This document shows positions 63,913-64,000 of a DNA stretch of 64,000 bases, in pieces; position 1 is the stretch's first letter; each line of letters begins with the position of its first letter. The notes beneath the pieces were generated by a model. That model saw only the letters and a program-made list of their open reading frames with translations, searched no databases and was not told the origin of the DNA. Made by a program: the position numbers and the translations under genes. The DNA comes from Flavobacteriaceae bacterium UBA3159 (lineage in GTDB: Bacteria > Bacteroidota > Bacteroidia > Flavobacteriales > Flavobacteriaceae): assembly GCA_002364535.1 (NCBI GenBank), contig DEYL01000054.1, positions 7,309 to 71,308 on the forward strand, written 5' to 3'.

Positions 63913-64000
63913 AAAAAGAATTGCCTAAAATATATTGTATACTGCTGTTGACACAATTATTTTTTTGGAGTTTTTTTTATCTGTTTATGAAAATTTTTAG
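63909..64000 (+). CDS. Start of a hydrophobic protein (partial; runs off the right edge)
   Basis: The ATG at 63909 overlaps the upstream TGA (ATGA). Translation is MKKELPKIYCILLLTQLFFWSFFYLFMKIF...; only 30 codons are visible. Confidence 0.3.
   Translation, partial: MKKELPKIYCILLLTQLFFWSFFYLFMKIF

Noticed and set aside
1-64000. A search by eye for CRISPR arrays, tRNA/rRNA genes, transposases or integrases, and long direct or inverted repeats that would mark mobile elements.
   Set aside because: I found none. No spaced repeat arrays, no recombinase-like ORFs and no tRNA-like structures appear in the intergenic regions. The AT-rich sub-module at 32.8-38.6 kb has no recognisable mobility genes or flanking repeats.

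Overview
This window looks like a marine Flavobacteriia-type Bacteroidota chromosome segment. The evidence is SusC/SusD pairs, lipoprotein-type signals, TAnnTTTG-like promoter boxes and a fused CcsBA cytochrome c synthase. GC is roughly 30-45% by eye.

Positions 1 to about 52.8 kb form one very large, sulfatase-dense polysaccharide utilisation locus (PUL) in four transcription blocks: minus 1-30868, plus 31152-35535, minus 35616-40149, plus 40234-52803. It encodes:
- 13 Cys-type S1 sulfatases, one truncated at the left edge
- two tandem SusC/SusD pairs
- a DUF4962/heparinase II/III-like lyase candidate
- a GH105/GH88-like unsaturated uronyl hydrolase fused to DUF1961
- GH92, GH39-like and GH78-like enzymes
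- SGNH and SASA-type esterases and a beta-lactamase-fold serine hydrolase
- two purple-acid-phosphatase-fold metallophosphoesterases (PhoD-like and PAP-like)
- a BNR_4-like propeller candidate
- a Tat-signal enolase-superfamily enzyme
- a DUF1080 / Tat Gfo-Idh-MocA / DUF6807 redox module

I saw no regulator, sulfatase maturase, inner-membrane transporter, mobile element, CRISPR array, tRNA or rRNA.

Positions 53-64 kb are housekeeping-like: DUF2911, an MscS-family channel, a TerB-like protein, a lipoprotein, CcsBA, a DUF2520 protein, KdsC, Maf and a large PIG-L deacetylase.

The most interesting candidates are:
1. The exported enolase-superfamily enzyme at 17201-18418.
2. The sulfatase-linked periplasmic oxidoreductase/DUF1080/DUF6807 module at 40234-48233, whose two promoter regions share a GTGyACGCACACAA motif.
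3. The unassigned substrate of the whole locus.

All family calls come from motif reading of the supplied translations. No HMM or database search was run.
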